A DNA stretch of 64,000 nucleotides from Octopus vulgaris (taxonomy: Eukaryota): NCBI GenBank assembly GCA_951406725.2, contig OX597816.1, forward strand, positions 45,694,001 to 45,758,000, read 5' to 3'. Shown here in pieces: positions 36,900-50,209 of this stretch. The stretch's first letter is position 1. Each line of letters opens with the position of its first letter. Made by a program: the position numbers and the translations under genes. The notes under the pieces were generated by a model, which was not told the DNA's origin, searched no databases, and saw nothing but the letters and a program-made list of their open reading frames with translations.

Positions 36900-37485
36900 G
36901 GTGCGATGGGTAAATTGTTGCCATTTAATATTTCAAATTTTGTGCATGCACATTGTTTGTCTTTGATTTTATCGACTACGCAGTATGGTAGGGTCAGTTG
37001 GACACCACCTGTGAAAGAAACAGCACCATGACACAATTCACTCCGCCAGAAATTTGGAAACGACATGCTGTACTGCTTGGCATTCACACTGGAAGCTCCA
37101 GTATGAACATTTCAGAGTGTCTGGGTGTCAATCTGAGGACATATACCAAGAGTGATAAAAATCAAACATCCAGTCAACATCATGATGTTTGGAGTGATCA
37201 CTAGTGATGGCAACGTTATGCTTCCATTCATCTTCACACACAGCCTCACACTCAACACGAAGACCTACATCAAGTACCTGGAGGAGGTAATGCAGCCCTG
37301 GGGCAAGAGGGTGGTTGCTGGAAGACCTTATGCCTTGCAACAAGACTCTGCAACATGCCACACAAGCAGGAGAACCTAGTCATGTTTGGCAAGAGAGACC
37401 AACAGAATAAGTACCAAGCCTTAAGAAAAAAGAATCCTCAAGGCAGTGCCCCAGCATGGCCAATCTAATGACTCAAACAAGCAAA
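36700..37485 (+). mobile_element. SINE family A split by a DNA transposon fragment
   Basis: Head at 36700-36870; tail at 37385-37485 (ttggcaagagagacc..gtgccccagcatggcc). Confidence 0.75.
36895..37384 (+). mobile_element. Deleted Tc1/mariner-superfamily transposon, probably DD37D (maT)
   Basis: N-terminal HTH-like MTQFTPPEIWKRHAVLLG..ISECLGVNLRT joined to catalytic HPVNIMMFGVITSDG..YIKYLEEV..YALQQDSATCHTS. Confidence 0.8.
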
Positions 37486-37493
37486 CAAAACAA

Positions 37494-37546
<53 letters not shown>

Positions 37547-37550
<4 letters not shown>

Positions 37551-38030
37551 TTAAAATCCAGAAAATGGAGAAGCAGCATTGATATAATTTATCAATTGGA
37601 AAAAATTCAACATGTTCACTTACAGCTGTTTTGATTTTGCCCAAAAGAATTAAATTCAGGTAATTATAACATTTTCATTGGGCAAAATCTCGTCAGAGGA
37701 GTAAAGAAGATATCACTAGGTTATTACATGTTATTCTTTCAAAGCATCTCGACAGACTCCCAGACTGACAATTTATAAATTATATTAATGCCACTTCTCC
37801 ATTTTCTGGATTTTAATTTGAACATTCATAAACCAAGATTTATATTTAAATCTTGCAATCTTGCAAGCACCATCATCCGAGCGCCATGTGGGCGGGCCGG
37901 CGCCAGAAAGTGCGGCAAGTCGGTAGGCTTCCGCTACTGCTGCGCTGTTAGGAATGTTACTATTCATAACAAAATAATAGGTAACAAACCAGTAATTCAT
38001 GGGATATTTTCTATCCCTTAAGGTGGTTTA
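37547..38030. mobile_element. Penelope-like terminus with hammerhead ribozyme remnant and inverted tail copy
   Basis: Minus strand CTGACGA, 12-bp stem, aAAA, CAGCTG-TA (37615-37700). 52-bp inverted repeat at 37547-37598 and 37769-37820. Bounded by (CA)n and (TA)n. Confidence 0.7.
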
Positions 38031-39051
38031 TATTTATATTTATATATATATATATATATAGCAGCTTTTTATAATGGCTTGGTGTTTATCAGATTAGCAA
38101 AAATGTAGAATCTCAGTAATTATCTGACCCATTAATGACAAGTCAGTCAACTCCCTGGGAAGCAAATCTCAGTCAGTAAATAATGATGTCCTCAAAATCA
38201 GAGACATGCATTTGAAGTTGGAATTCTTAAAAACAGCATGTTCTCTCATTAAACAAGATAGAAATAGAGAGAAGAGAAAGTTATGTCTGGCAGAAATGTC
38301 AAGTAAATGCTATATTGGACGAGGTCCTTTTGTTCTCAAATTGTAAAACAGGTGAGCTGATAGGGAGGGCTTATATTTACTCAACAACAAAATCACAGTG
38401 GGTAACATTACACATTTTTCACCATTTCTAAAACCAATGGACACTGAACATCATCGTCAAAAAATGTTTAATATAGAATATTAATCCATGTTCAACATGA
38501 AACTAAATAAATTATTCAACATTTTGCAAAAAAAGAAAAAGAAAATTAATATAGATTTACAACAGCAACAACAAAATATAAATGATAGAATGAATAAAAG
38601 TTAATCAAATATCCTACAAGATTTTAGAAAAATTTAATATTTATTAAATTTCTGCATGGACTGCAATATAGGATCAAATGCTAGCATTACTGTCTTTGAA
38701 CAGATAATATTACTTTGGTTATAAAATAAATATAAACTTCACATATGTTTCTTTTTCTTTTACCATATATTACGACCTGTTATTTCGCTATCTATCTCTC
38801 GCACGTACGCATGTTTAACTGCATATTCATATACGCACAAACACACAGAGGAATTATGATTGATGCTAAAGTGTAGCAGGAAATGTAATACATGAAAGAA
38901 TTTGTTACAAAGGTGGCCTGCAATATTTCAAGTAACAGCTTGAACAAAGTGGCAACATGCAATATCACTCACAGCAGAGCAGTTAAGTGGAATTTGATAA
39001 CACACACGAGCCAATGAAACTGAATCAAACTTATTACATTTTATTTATTTA

Positions 39052-39111
<60 letters not shown>

Positions 39112-39190
39112 AAATAATAATATGGAGGAATATCATTTCAAACTTGCAGGGAAAAATTCAATTTAGAAATACTAAATCAAATTTCACAAA

Positions 39191-39236
<46 letters not shown>

Positions 39237-39240
<4 letters not shown>

Positions 39241-39374
39241 TTGGCATCCTTTTTGTCTCGGGAGACAATGGAGTTGTGCATAAAATAGTCTAGTCCGGCT
39301 TTTACATTTCATGTCCTAATACATTTTCTGTTGTGGCTGTGTAGTCCTATCCTGGACAAACACTCTCCTTGTCA
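39237..39374 (-). mobile_element. RTE LINE extreme 3-prime end
   Basis: Minus strand reads ECLSRIGLHSHNRKC then stop (RTE C-terminal zinc-finger-like SRIGLxSH motif), then ccattgtctcccgagacaaaaaggatgccaacc, an RTE-type tail. Confidence 0.75.
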
Positions 39375-41079
39375 TTTAATGTCTATCTTCCACACTGGCA
39401 TGGGTTGGATGGTTTGACAGGAGCCAGCCAGGTAAAAGACTACACCAGGCTTCTGTGTCTGTTTTGGCATGGTTTTTACAGCTGAGTGCCCTTCCTAACA
39501 CCAACCAACCCGCAGAGTGGAGTGAGTGCTATTTATGTGGCAACAGCATAGGTGAGATCAACTTTGGCAAGGTTTTTACAGCTGGATGCTTTTCCAAATG
39601 CCAACCACTTCACAGAGTGAACTGGATGCTTTTTATGTGGCACCAGCACCAGCAGGGTCACCAAGTAACTTGTAAGACAAGGAATTTTGAGAGGGGAGGG
39701 GTCATTGCAGGAGGTGGAAACTAAAAGAAGTTTGTCATATGTGTGTGTATTTATCCATTATTCATTTCATCATCAAATAAAGTTTTTGGTTTTGGTTAAC
39801 AAAAGGCTGATTGTTAAATTTATTGACAATATTTTAAGTTTAGAATTCAAAATGATCACCCTATGCCTTCACCATAGTCCTTAATCTTTTCTCAGCAAAA
39901 GCTTGAATAAAGGGTAAATGTACACACCACGCCTGGTATGCACACGCACATACACACATCTTTTTCCCAGGTTGGGGAAAATATCACTTCACTTGGAAAC
40001 AAGTAAGAGTTGGCAACAGGGAGTGCATCAGACCAAGAAAAGAAGAAGAAAAAGATCAAGACTACCATACAAAGACATGTTGCAAGCTGATCTTAGGGTG
40101 TTGATCCTTATAAAGGAGATGATAAATAAACACAAGTGGGAGAGGACCTGTCCAACCTAGCAAGCATGGAAAATTGTAAAATGATGATGTTGGTGATGGT
40201 GATGAGTGCGCGTCTACCAGCAGAGGAAACCTCTACGTAGTCACTTGTCCTACTAGAAATAGTAACCGAATTTTCTCAAGAAATACTAATGTCTTAAAAT
40301 ATAAAATTAAAAAAAGAAAAAACATTGTAGCTTTTGATAATCAAAAAGGTGAGATGGTCACAGCTGGAATGATAGCTTGATCAAACAAGGCTCAAGACCT
40401 AAAACAATAACCAACAGTAATAATGTATTTCCACTTTGATGAAACTGTTTTCAAAACACCTGCATTTTCCTTTTCCACAAATCACAGTCTTAACAAGAGG
40501 ACAGGATTTCTATCTACTTTATCATCACATCTAACTCACATTTGCACAGTTTAGGGCTCATGTTTTCAGAGATATATTTAGATTTGTTTTAACTACAAAT
40601 CCAGCAACAATATGCAATTTTAAACATCGTAAATCTCTATTAAGCACTACTTGCCTTCAACACATTATAAAGCCGTCACAAGCTCACTACTAACTAGATG
40701 GATTTATTTTTGGATGATGTTAATAAAAGATACTTTAAAGGAGAGGATAATGATAAATGTGGATAACTAAAACATCATCTTGCCAAATAGTACTGACATG
40801 TGAAAATGAAAATTAAAAAGACAGCACTTCCAAAATTGAACTCTTTTCATAACCATCATCCTCATCGTCATCGTTATGCCAACTTTTTCCATGCTGGTAC
40901 AGGATGGATTAGATTTATTAAGGTAGTACACTACCTTAATAAAACTTGGTTTTACAGGTAAGATATTTTTTTATTCACTGGTTTTCACATCAAAATCACA
41001 AGTTACTGGACACTGTTTATGGGAAGGATGTAAACAAACATCACTGCTACATAAGTGACATCAATGTAAAGATGCATAT

Positions 41080-42255
41080 TATTCTTTTATTTGTTTCAGT
41101 CATTTGACTGTGGCCATGCTGGAGCACTGCCCTTAGTCAAACAAATTTACCCCAGGGCTTATTCTTTGTGAGCCTAGTACTTATTCTATCAGTCTCTTTT
41201 GCTGCACTGCTCATGTACAGGGACATAATACACACCAACATTGGTTGTCAAGTGATGGTGGGGCGACAAATACAGACATACAAACATACGCACGCATGCG
41301 CACACACACAAACACACACACACACACACACACACTAACAAATCCAACAGGCTTCTTTCAGTTTCCGTCTACCAAATCCACTCACAAGGCTTTGGTCGGC
41401 CCGAGGCTATAGTAGAAGACACTTGCCCAAGGTGCCATGCAGTGGGACTGAACCCAGAACCATGTGGTTGGTAAGCAAACTACAAACCACACAGCCACTC
41501 CTGTGGCTATGTTACTGTAACATCTTGTATCTTTCATTTGTTTCAACCATTAGACTGTGGAGCACTGCCTTGAAGAATTTTTAGCCTTAAGTATTTTTCA
41601 TTTATTTAAAGCCTGGTACTAATTCTATTAGGCATACGTAAATACACCATACCAGTTGTCAAGCAATGGAGGGGTCAAACAAACACACACACACACAACG
41701 GGCCTCTGTCAGTTTCTATCTATCAAATCCACTCACAAAGCTTTCGTTGGCCTGAGGCTATAGTCGAAGGCACTTGCCCAAGGTGCCATGCAGTAGGACT
41801 GAACTGGGAACTACGTGGTTAAGAAAGCAAGCTTCTTACTGTACAGCCATACCTGCATATAAAAATTCAACATATAGGTGTGAGCATGGCTGTGTGGTAA
41901 GAAGCTTGCTTCCCAACTACATGGTTCCGGGTTCAGTCCCACTATGTAGCACCTTGGGCAAGTAATTTCTATTATAGTCTTGGGCCGATCAAAGCCTTGA
42001 GTGGATTTGGTAGACGGAAACTGAAAGAAGCCCGTCGTGTATGTGTGTGTTTGTCCCCACGTCATTGCTTGACAACTAATGCTAGTGTGTTCATGTCCCG
42101 GAATTTCAGCGGCTTGGCAAAAGAGAATAATAAAATAAGTACTAGGCTTACAAAGACTAAGCTCTGGGCTTGATTTTTTTTGACTAAAACCCTTTAAGGC
42201 AGTGCTCCAGCATGGTTGCAGTCAAATGACTGAAACAAAGAAAAGAATAAAAGAA
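41080..42255. mobile_element. Three adjacent SINE family A copies: minus 41080-41505, minus 41525-41857, plus 41876-42255
   Basis: Family blocks are visible in each; the last two are head-to-head. Confidence 0.85.
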
Positions 42256-43724
42256 AGGAAAAAAAGAAAAAATAAAATAAAATAAAAGTAGCTCACACAA
42301 CTATCTAAAAATAGCTACATGGAATAATATATAAGAAAATAAGATTTAATAAAGGCACTGTACAAAATTAACTATTTATTTAAATTTTATTTTCCTTCTT
42401 TTCCAAAACATCCAACAGAAAGAACATAATAAAATGCCCGTCAGTGAAAACTGGTACTTAGCTTCAAAACCACAACCTTAATATCAAACTCCCATGTGGC
42501 CCTTAACTAAGTGAAAAATCGAATGTGTATTCACACTTCTCCCTGGACTAAAATATTTAAAGTAAAATCAATCAATAAATAAATACTTAAAAAGAAAGAA
42601 AAATAATTTAAGTAAGTGTATGATAGTTTGCACAGAAAAGGAATTCTATATCACAGAACTGACACCTGTCTCAAAGATGATGTTAATACAGAGATTAAAT
42701 CTATTCCAACTGGAAAGCATTCTGCACAGTTTCTGCTTGGCAAGAATTTAACCATCCAACCATTTATTTAACCAAAGCTTGGTTGGCCTCTGCTACTGCA
42801 AGAGGAAGTGGGGGGGAAAAGAATTAAAATTAATGAGAATCTAAACGCAAAGCTTTCTTCCAACAAACATAATAATGATTACTCCTTCCTCCATCTCCCC
42901 TTTCACCATGAAGCCGCAGATACAGCTTCAACCATAAACTAAATAAATCTATTTTAAATGCGCCATCGTTCCTTAACAATAATTGTTAGTGATCCATTGT
43001 TAAATTTGAAAATACATCAGTTTGCCAAAGAGAGGGGGGAAAAAAATAATAAAAAGAAAAAAAAAGGAAATGTCATTATCACGATATAGATTAATTGAAT
43101 TTTTTGGAGAGAGATATGAACTGAAGAGAAATAAGAAATGGAGCAATAGAAACTTCAGACAGCATCCAGCAACAATTTTCCTACAGCTATTGTGCCAAAA
43201 CCTAGAATATAGAATATATTGCTGTATTGTTATCTCTCTACATACCAGAGTTATTATTACTGATGTTATTATTATTGTTGCTTTCTCTCTTATTTCTTTT
43301 CTTCCCTATTTTTACAACTGTAAACATGTGGTCCTTATTTTAAAGACAATGGGATATTTCCTGAAGGTGGTTTGGCAAGCCATAAAGAACAGATTGGTCA
43401 TCTATGGCTGTAGCCCCTAAACTAATCTGTTCTTCCCAGTGTAGTTACGAATCAGAATAGAAATAACAAATAATCATTGGTTTCCTACAAATACATGAAA
43501 ATATCTCAATTCAAAAATAAAACGGGGGGAAAAAATCTGTTTTCTGTTGTAACATAAGAGGGGAAAACGAACTTAAAACTAAAATGTACCTTTCTACATG
43601 ATCATCATATTATACTGGTCCAGGAAACAACAAACATAATGATGTATTTTAAGTCATGTAATAATATAACAGTTGTGATATTCTCACGTTAACATAAAAC
43701 ACAGTTTTTTCCCCCCCATCTTTC

Positions 43725-44090
43725 TTTTATATATTTCAGTCACTTGACTGTGATCATGTTCGAACTCTGGCTTGAAGAGTTTTTAGTCAAACAGATTGAC
43801 TTCAATACTTATTTTAAGTCCAGTACTTATTTTATCGATCTCTTTCACTGAACTGCTAAGTTACAGGAACATAAACAAACCAACACTGATTACCAAGTGC
43901 TAAGAAGTGGAATAAACACAGAAACAAAGATAAAATCGCTCTCTCTCTTTCACACACACACACGACAGGCTTCCGCATAGTTTCCTTTTTACAAATTTGA
44001 CTTACAAGGCATTGGTTACACAAGGGCTAAAGTAGAAGACACTTGCCCAAGGTGCCACTAAGTTAGAACTGAATCCAAAACTATGGTACT
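43725..44090 (-). mobile_element. SINE family A, decayed
   Basis: tttcagtcacttgactgtg..cagtacttatt..gaagacacttgcccaaggtgcc. Confidence 0.75.
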
Positions 44091-45332
44091 CTTTTTTTTT
44101 GTTTATTGTCTCTTCAAGGCAAAGTTGACCTCAGCAGGATTTGATCTTGGAACACAAAAGACCAGAACAAATACCACAAGGCAATTTTGCAATCTTTAAT
44201 TATTCTACCACCTCAAATCTCAGTCATTTATATAGATTAACCTCTAGCTTTATGAGTCTAAGACTCATGCAACAAAAACAAAAAAGAGTTTCTAAGGTTG
44301 CATTATCCTTTCTCTTCTCTCTTTTCTTTCTTTTTTGCCTCCTAATGGTAAGATATGATTTGGGGAAAATTTGGCTGCTGTTTCTAGCAACTTGAGTGAC
44401 TACATACAGGTTTCTTTAAACAGTTGAAGATAGAGAGGTATGTAGGTAGGCATAGATAGACTCCAAGTTAGTTTCTTCTAACTCAGGTTTCATTTTGATT
44501 AACCTGGTTTTTATTTGCGTTACCATTTTAAATGAAGTAGCCATTGCTAAAAACCCCTTCAAACAAGCACAAGAATCACACACACACACAGAGACACACC
44601 AATCACTTCTTCTTTGTTGCCCTTCCTCTGAATTATCTGAAACCTGGTTTCTTTGAAATGGCAAGTCAATATTACAGATACAGTAATGAATAAGATAGTG
44701 GAAGACTCCGGAGATGAAATTAGTGCCTAATGTGACCTGACCTTTTAAAGAAAGAAAAAATTACACCTGCTAATAATAGTTGCATTACATCAAGGATACA
44801 TAAGAAAACGGAACAACCACAATCACACAACAAAAAGGGGGGGAAAAAATGTTCAGTATACAACAATAAAGAAAATATTGCATCCCAGCAGCTCCAAAAC
44901 CACAGTACTTGAGTGTTAATTAATGTTAAGCTTAAGATACACTAATTTGATTATCATAGCATTTTATATTTTATTATATTTATTTCATTTATTTATTTAT
45001 CTATTGTTATGTTAACGTTAGTTAGTAGTAGCACAAACTGAAAGAAAGAAAGGCAAGAAAAAACATTAATGGTGAGACATTATTCTTGGAGTACATTCTG
45101 GTCACACGTATATATAGTGACGCTGACATATAAAAAAAAAATAATAAATAAGACAAAGTAGAGAGAAAGAGGAATGTCTTTGAAGAATATTCTTCAGAGG
45201 TCTCATCTAATCACAACATAATTAATTAATTATACAGGAAGAATAACATTTCTTTGTGTACCTGTGTTAGCAGCAGAATGATACATGCTGACATACAATA
45301 GACATATAAACACATATGTACACAGGCATATG

Positions 45333-45376
<44 letters not shown>

Positions 45377-45669
45377 CATACATATACACACACCTCCATA
45401 AACTCTTCTCTCAAGTTACTGCTGCACATTCACTAAATTAATCTCATTTTACTTTTTTTGCGTGTGTACATGTATGCAACCGTGTATGTATGTCTCTGTC
45501 TGTGTGCCTGTTGTTGGGTAACAATCAGAGAAAGAGTACTCAAAACAAATGAAGAGTACAGTAGTTTATTTTTGCTAGTCTCAAGTAACAGGACCAATTT
45601 CAATATATACATATACGATTCGAATTTACAGTAAACAAAAGACAAAGACAGATGAGGGAACAACAAGCT

Positions 45670-45704
<35 letters not shown>

Positions 45705-46440
45705 AGTAGCTTGCTTATGAACCACATGGTTCCAGGTTCAGTCCCACTGTATGGCACCTTGGCCAAGTGTCTTCTACTATAGCCTCGGGCCGACCAAAAT
45801 CTTGAGTGGATTTGGTAGATGGAAACTGAAAGAAGCCTGTCGTATATATGTCTGTATATATATATATATACATATATGTATGTGTATGTATATGTGTCTC
45901 TCTTTGTCCCACCGACATCACTTGACAACCGATGCTGATGTGTTTATGTGCCTGTAACTTAGCGGTTCGGCAAAAGAGGCCGATAGAATAAGTACTAGGC
46001 TTACAAAGAATAAATCCTGGGGTCGATCTGCTTAACTAAAGGTGGTGCTCCAGCATGGCCACAGTCAAATGACTGAAACAAGTAAAAGAGTAAAACAGAG
46101 TGTATATCTTTTACTTGTTTCAGTCTGTGCTCCATACTGAGGCACTGCTCTGGAGGGTTTAATCAAACATTGACCCCTGCACTTATTTCTAAGTCTGGAG
46201 CTTATACTATTGATCACCACAACCACCACCCCCACTAAGTTACATGGGTGTAAGCAAACCAACACTGGTTATCAAGCAGTGGTGGGGAACAAACACAAAG
46301 ATACATATACACACAGATAGGGACAGCAAGAGTCAGACAGACAGACACAGGCACACAATTGGTTTCTTTCAATTTCTGTTTACCAAATCCACCCCAGAGC
46401 CTAAGGTTCCATACAGTGGGGCTGAAGCAGAAACACTCTC
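45705..46440. mobile_element. Tail-to-tail SINE family A pair: plus 45705-46095, minus 46105-46440
   Basis: gactgaaacaagtaaaagag followed 10 bp later by its reverse complement tcttttacttgtttcagtc. Confidence 0.8.
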
Positions 46441-47269
46441 TCTCTCTCTCTCATACACACACCTCTGCATTGCAGACAGATACTCTTAAATTTTCAATGA
46501 CAGTGAGAGCATGCATAAGCAAGAAGAGAGACAAATAAATAAATGGTTCCCCAGAATTATTGGGGGATTTGGACAGAGGGGAAATGACAGAGTAAAATAG
46601 AGGCAGAGAGAGTGGTGGTGGTGTCAGAAAGACAGTAAAGGGGGCATAAACACGGGGGGGGGGGGCGTGTGTTGGAGGGGGAGATATGTAAATAGAAGGG
46701 AAAGTGAACGGTAAGGGATGGGGGTGGAAACAAGACAAAAGCAAACCCCACCACCACAAAAAAAGAATATTGCAAATCAAGGAAGAAGAAAAATAAGGGG
46801 AATTTAAATTGAAAACAGAAAGAGGAGAGGAAGTGAAAGGAGGTGGGGAAGATGTCAATGCCTCCACACACACACACACTTCACCCCTCCAAATATAAAA
46901 TCTACCACCCTTTTACCACTCACCCCCATCATCAATGGCAGCATATCTACACCATTCCACAGAGTAATCTGGTAACAACAACAAAAAGAGAGGAAATAAA
47001 ACAAAATGGAAATCCATAAAGGCCTCTGTATTGTTGGAAATTGTGAATCACTTTGAAGAGCAGTTTTATTGATAGCAACACTGCAGTTGTCGCAATGACA
47101 ATGGTGGCGGCGGCGGAGGTGGTGGTGGTGGTGGTGGTGTTGGTGCATTTTGAGTGAAGGAGCTATATGTTTAGAAGTGGCGGGGTAAGGCAGTACAAGG
47201 GGTCGATGGCTTAAATTGTTCTACATTAATCAAGAGATAAAAAAGACGTTGTGGTTGTAGTAATTGTCT

Positions 47270-47454
47270 GGATGGATGGATAGAAAGATAGATAGACAGG
47301 TAAGAGACAGATGGGAGAGAGAGAGAAAGAGAGAGAGATTAGAAGACAGATACATAGACAGATAGGTATAGATTGAGATAGAGATCAAGAGATAGGACAG
47401 ATAGATAGATAGATAGATAGATAGACTGATTGATAGGTAGACTGATTGATAGAC

Positions 47455-47501
<47 letters not shown>

Positions 47502-47603
47502 TATTAGAGAGATACATAGACAGATAGGTATACAGAGATAGAGATCAAGAGATGGACAGATAGATAGATAGATAGACTGATTGATAGACAGATAGATAGA
47601 TAG

Positions 47604-47661
<58 letters not shown>

Positions 47662-47720
47662 TGATTGATAGATAGATAAATAGATAGACAGACGAATAGA
47701 TGGACAGATAGAACAGAGAG
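47270..47720. repeat. Compound (GATA)/(TA)/(GA) microsatellite with a duplicated block
   Basis: gatacatagacagataggtata..gagatagagatcaagagat occurs twice. Confidence 0.9.
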
Positions 47721-49179
47721 ATGGTACAGAATTATTTCAAAACTAGCAACCACACCAATATCACCACATCCATCAAATGCACTTTTGTTGCAACCACATA
47801 GCCAACACCATCCCTTATTGTTGCTGCCACATCAAATAGATGCCAATGTCGAGCATGGCACACCACCACATCTCTGCCAGCAATAAAACTACCATCACCA
47901 TCACATCCACCTCTTGTTGCACGACAATGAATCCAAAAGATAAATGAACAACAACCGTCACAGCACACAATCAGTCACAGTATGAATGTACGTGTGTGTA
48001 TGTGTGCATGCGTCATGACACAGAATATGAGGGAAGACGGTAGGCCACATACGTTAAGAGCTTTTATATTGACTCTTGAGGTGGCAAAGGGAGGTTATGA
48101 ATGGTTTGACATATAGAAGAGGACAGAGAGAGAGAGAGACTGGGTTTATCAAAAGAGAAAGCTAGAGAGATATACTGAATCATATATATATATATATAAA
48201 GAGAGAGAAAGAGAGCAGTGACTGTTAAGGCTTAATTAAAAGACAGTAAAATGGCAAAACAATTTTTGTTTAGCATTCAAAAGAATATTGGCCATTAAAA
48301 CCTCTCTCTTTTAGCCATCTATCTATCAGTTATTCATGCCTCTGGAACACATATTTATAATTAAAAGGAAATTAAATTTCTTTCATTTCTCTTCTCCGTG
48401 GGTCTCACCTCACTTCACATACACACTTGTCAGAGAATGGAGAAACATTTTAGTCCCCCACCCTCTCCCTCCCATACATACTTTCCATTCAGAGATCTTA
48501 ATGTAAACTCTCTTTCTCTCCCTTCTCCACACTCACAAACTCTAAAGCCCCTCTCTAACAAGTGTGCATATCCTAGATATGTATGTACACACATGTACAT
48601 TCTTAAACTTATCAGACAGAGGTCTTCATGTAAAGTTGCACTCACATTTACATCTGTACTCTTGCTAGACAAAGGACTTAAGATAGCCTCATATCCATAG
48701 AGGTGCACACATACGCATACGTGCGTGTGTGCGCTCACTCACACTCACAGAGGCCTAAAACTAGTCATCAACACCAACTGAGTCATCAAAAATGCCTTAA
48801 GTCATCAACGTAAGAGAAATTTTTGTTTTGTTTTATTTTATTTTCTGTTAGTTTTTACACTGCATCCAGTCCACACTGCAAAGTGGTTGGCATTTGGAAG
48901 GTCATCCAGCTGTAAAAACCATGTCAAAACTGACCTCGTCTGTGCTGTTGCCACATAAAAAGCACTCGGTCCACCCTGTATGGTGGTTGGTGTTAGGAAG
49001 GGCATCCAGCCGTAAAAACCATGCTAAAACAAGACGCAGAAGCCTGGTGAAGTCTTCTACTCGGCCAGCTCCTGTCAAACCATCCAACCCATGCCAGCAT
49101 GGAAGGTGGACATTAAACGATGACAAAATAGGTATAGCACTGTGCCTAAAGGTAGAAATCAGAAACAAACTGGGAGTAC

Positions 49180-49920
49180 TTAAGATGTCTCAACAAGAAC
49201 AAGCTAAAGGGGTTTGTAAGCCAGCACTTAGAGAAGTAAAATCCATGTGGACCGTTGGCTTGGTTGTATCACTTGATGAAAGGGTTCAGTTAAAGAGTAC
49301 GGGGTTAGGTTTGTATAGGACTTCTGGGGGGGAGGGGGAGTAAAAAACAGAAGTTATGAGAAGGATGGTCGATGTTTTTCATAAATGGGCAAAGCGGAAG
49401 CCTTCTCTGAAAGTTCTAAGTATAAATTGCTCATACCTACACAGATTCAGTGATGTACAATTGCCTGATTCCCAAGCTTATACCAAGAAATAATTGACCA
49501 GATTGCAGTGCATATTCTTTAGCATGTTGCAGAAGAGAGAAGTTCTGGTGCTCAAGGAATCCATCTGTTGCTAACAGCCACTCCAGGAGGGGGTCTCAGG
49601 ATGCAATGGGTGGTAATACATAGACACTTACTGTGAGTGATACAGCTGCAGAGATTTATGGAGTACAATGATAATTGTAAACAGGTCTAGGCACTGCTTG
49701 TGTAACAAGTCTTTGTGGTAGTTTGGAGTCAAGCAAAGTTCAAGGTTAGGCATTTTGACATTTGCAATATAGGCAGGTACTCAGTGCATTCTACATGCTA
49801 GCAACTGTGGCTCAGGGAATGATTCTGGGTGACAATGGAAACAGTTTGAATAGTATCTTTGGGAGGACTTTCAGGATGGGGTGAATTATAGGCAACTTCC
49901 AAACATACTGGGCTTAACAA
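49180..49920 (-). mobile_element. Highly degenerate Gypsy-like gag/protease remnant
   Basis: Frameshifted minus-strand traces resembling the gag CWYHxxFGxxAxxC region, TWIF and LGADFLxxFxLLVD protease motifs. Reconstructed by eye. Confidence 0.4.
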
Positions 49921-50209
49921 AGCTACTAGAGGCATTGGCTGTTTGGGACAAATTCTTCTAACGCCAATGTACTAGAAACCAAACGAAGCCAATGTGCATG
50001 TAATATAATGAAACCATCCTCTGTGTGTACTCTCAAAGTGTCCATACATTGCTGAAATGAAATGAACAGTTGTTATTGTATGTAAGATAGATCTGGCTTT
50101 CAGCTAAGTTTATTGTGACAACTGTGTTGCCATCTCTCTTTGGCAAGGAAGGACACAAAGATTTGTAAAATTGTTAGTGTCAGACAAAATGGCATTTTTT
50201 TTTTCTAGC

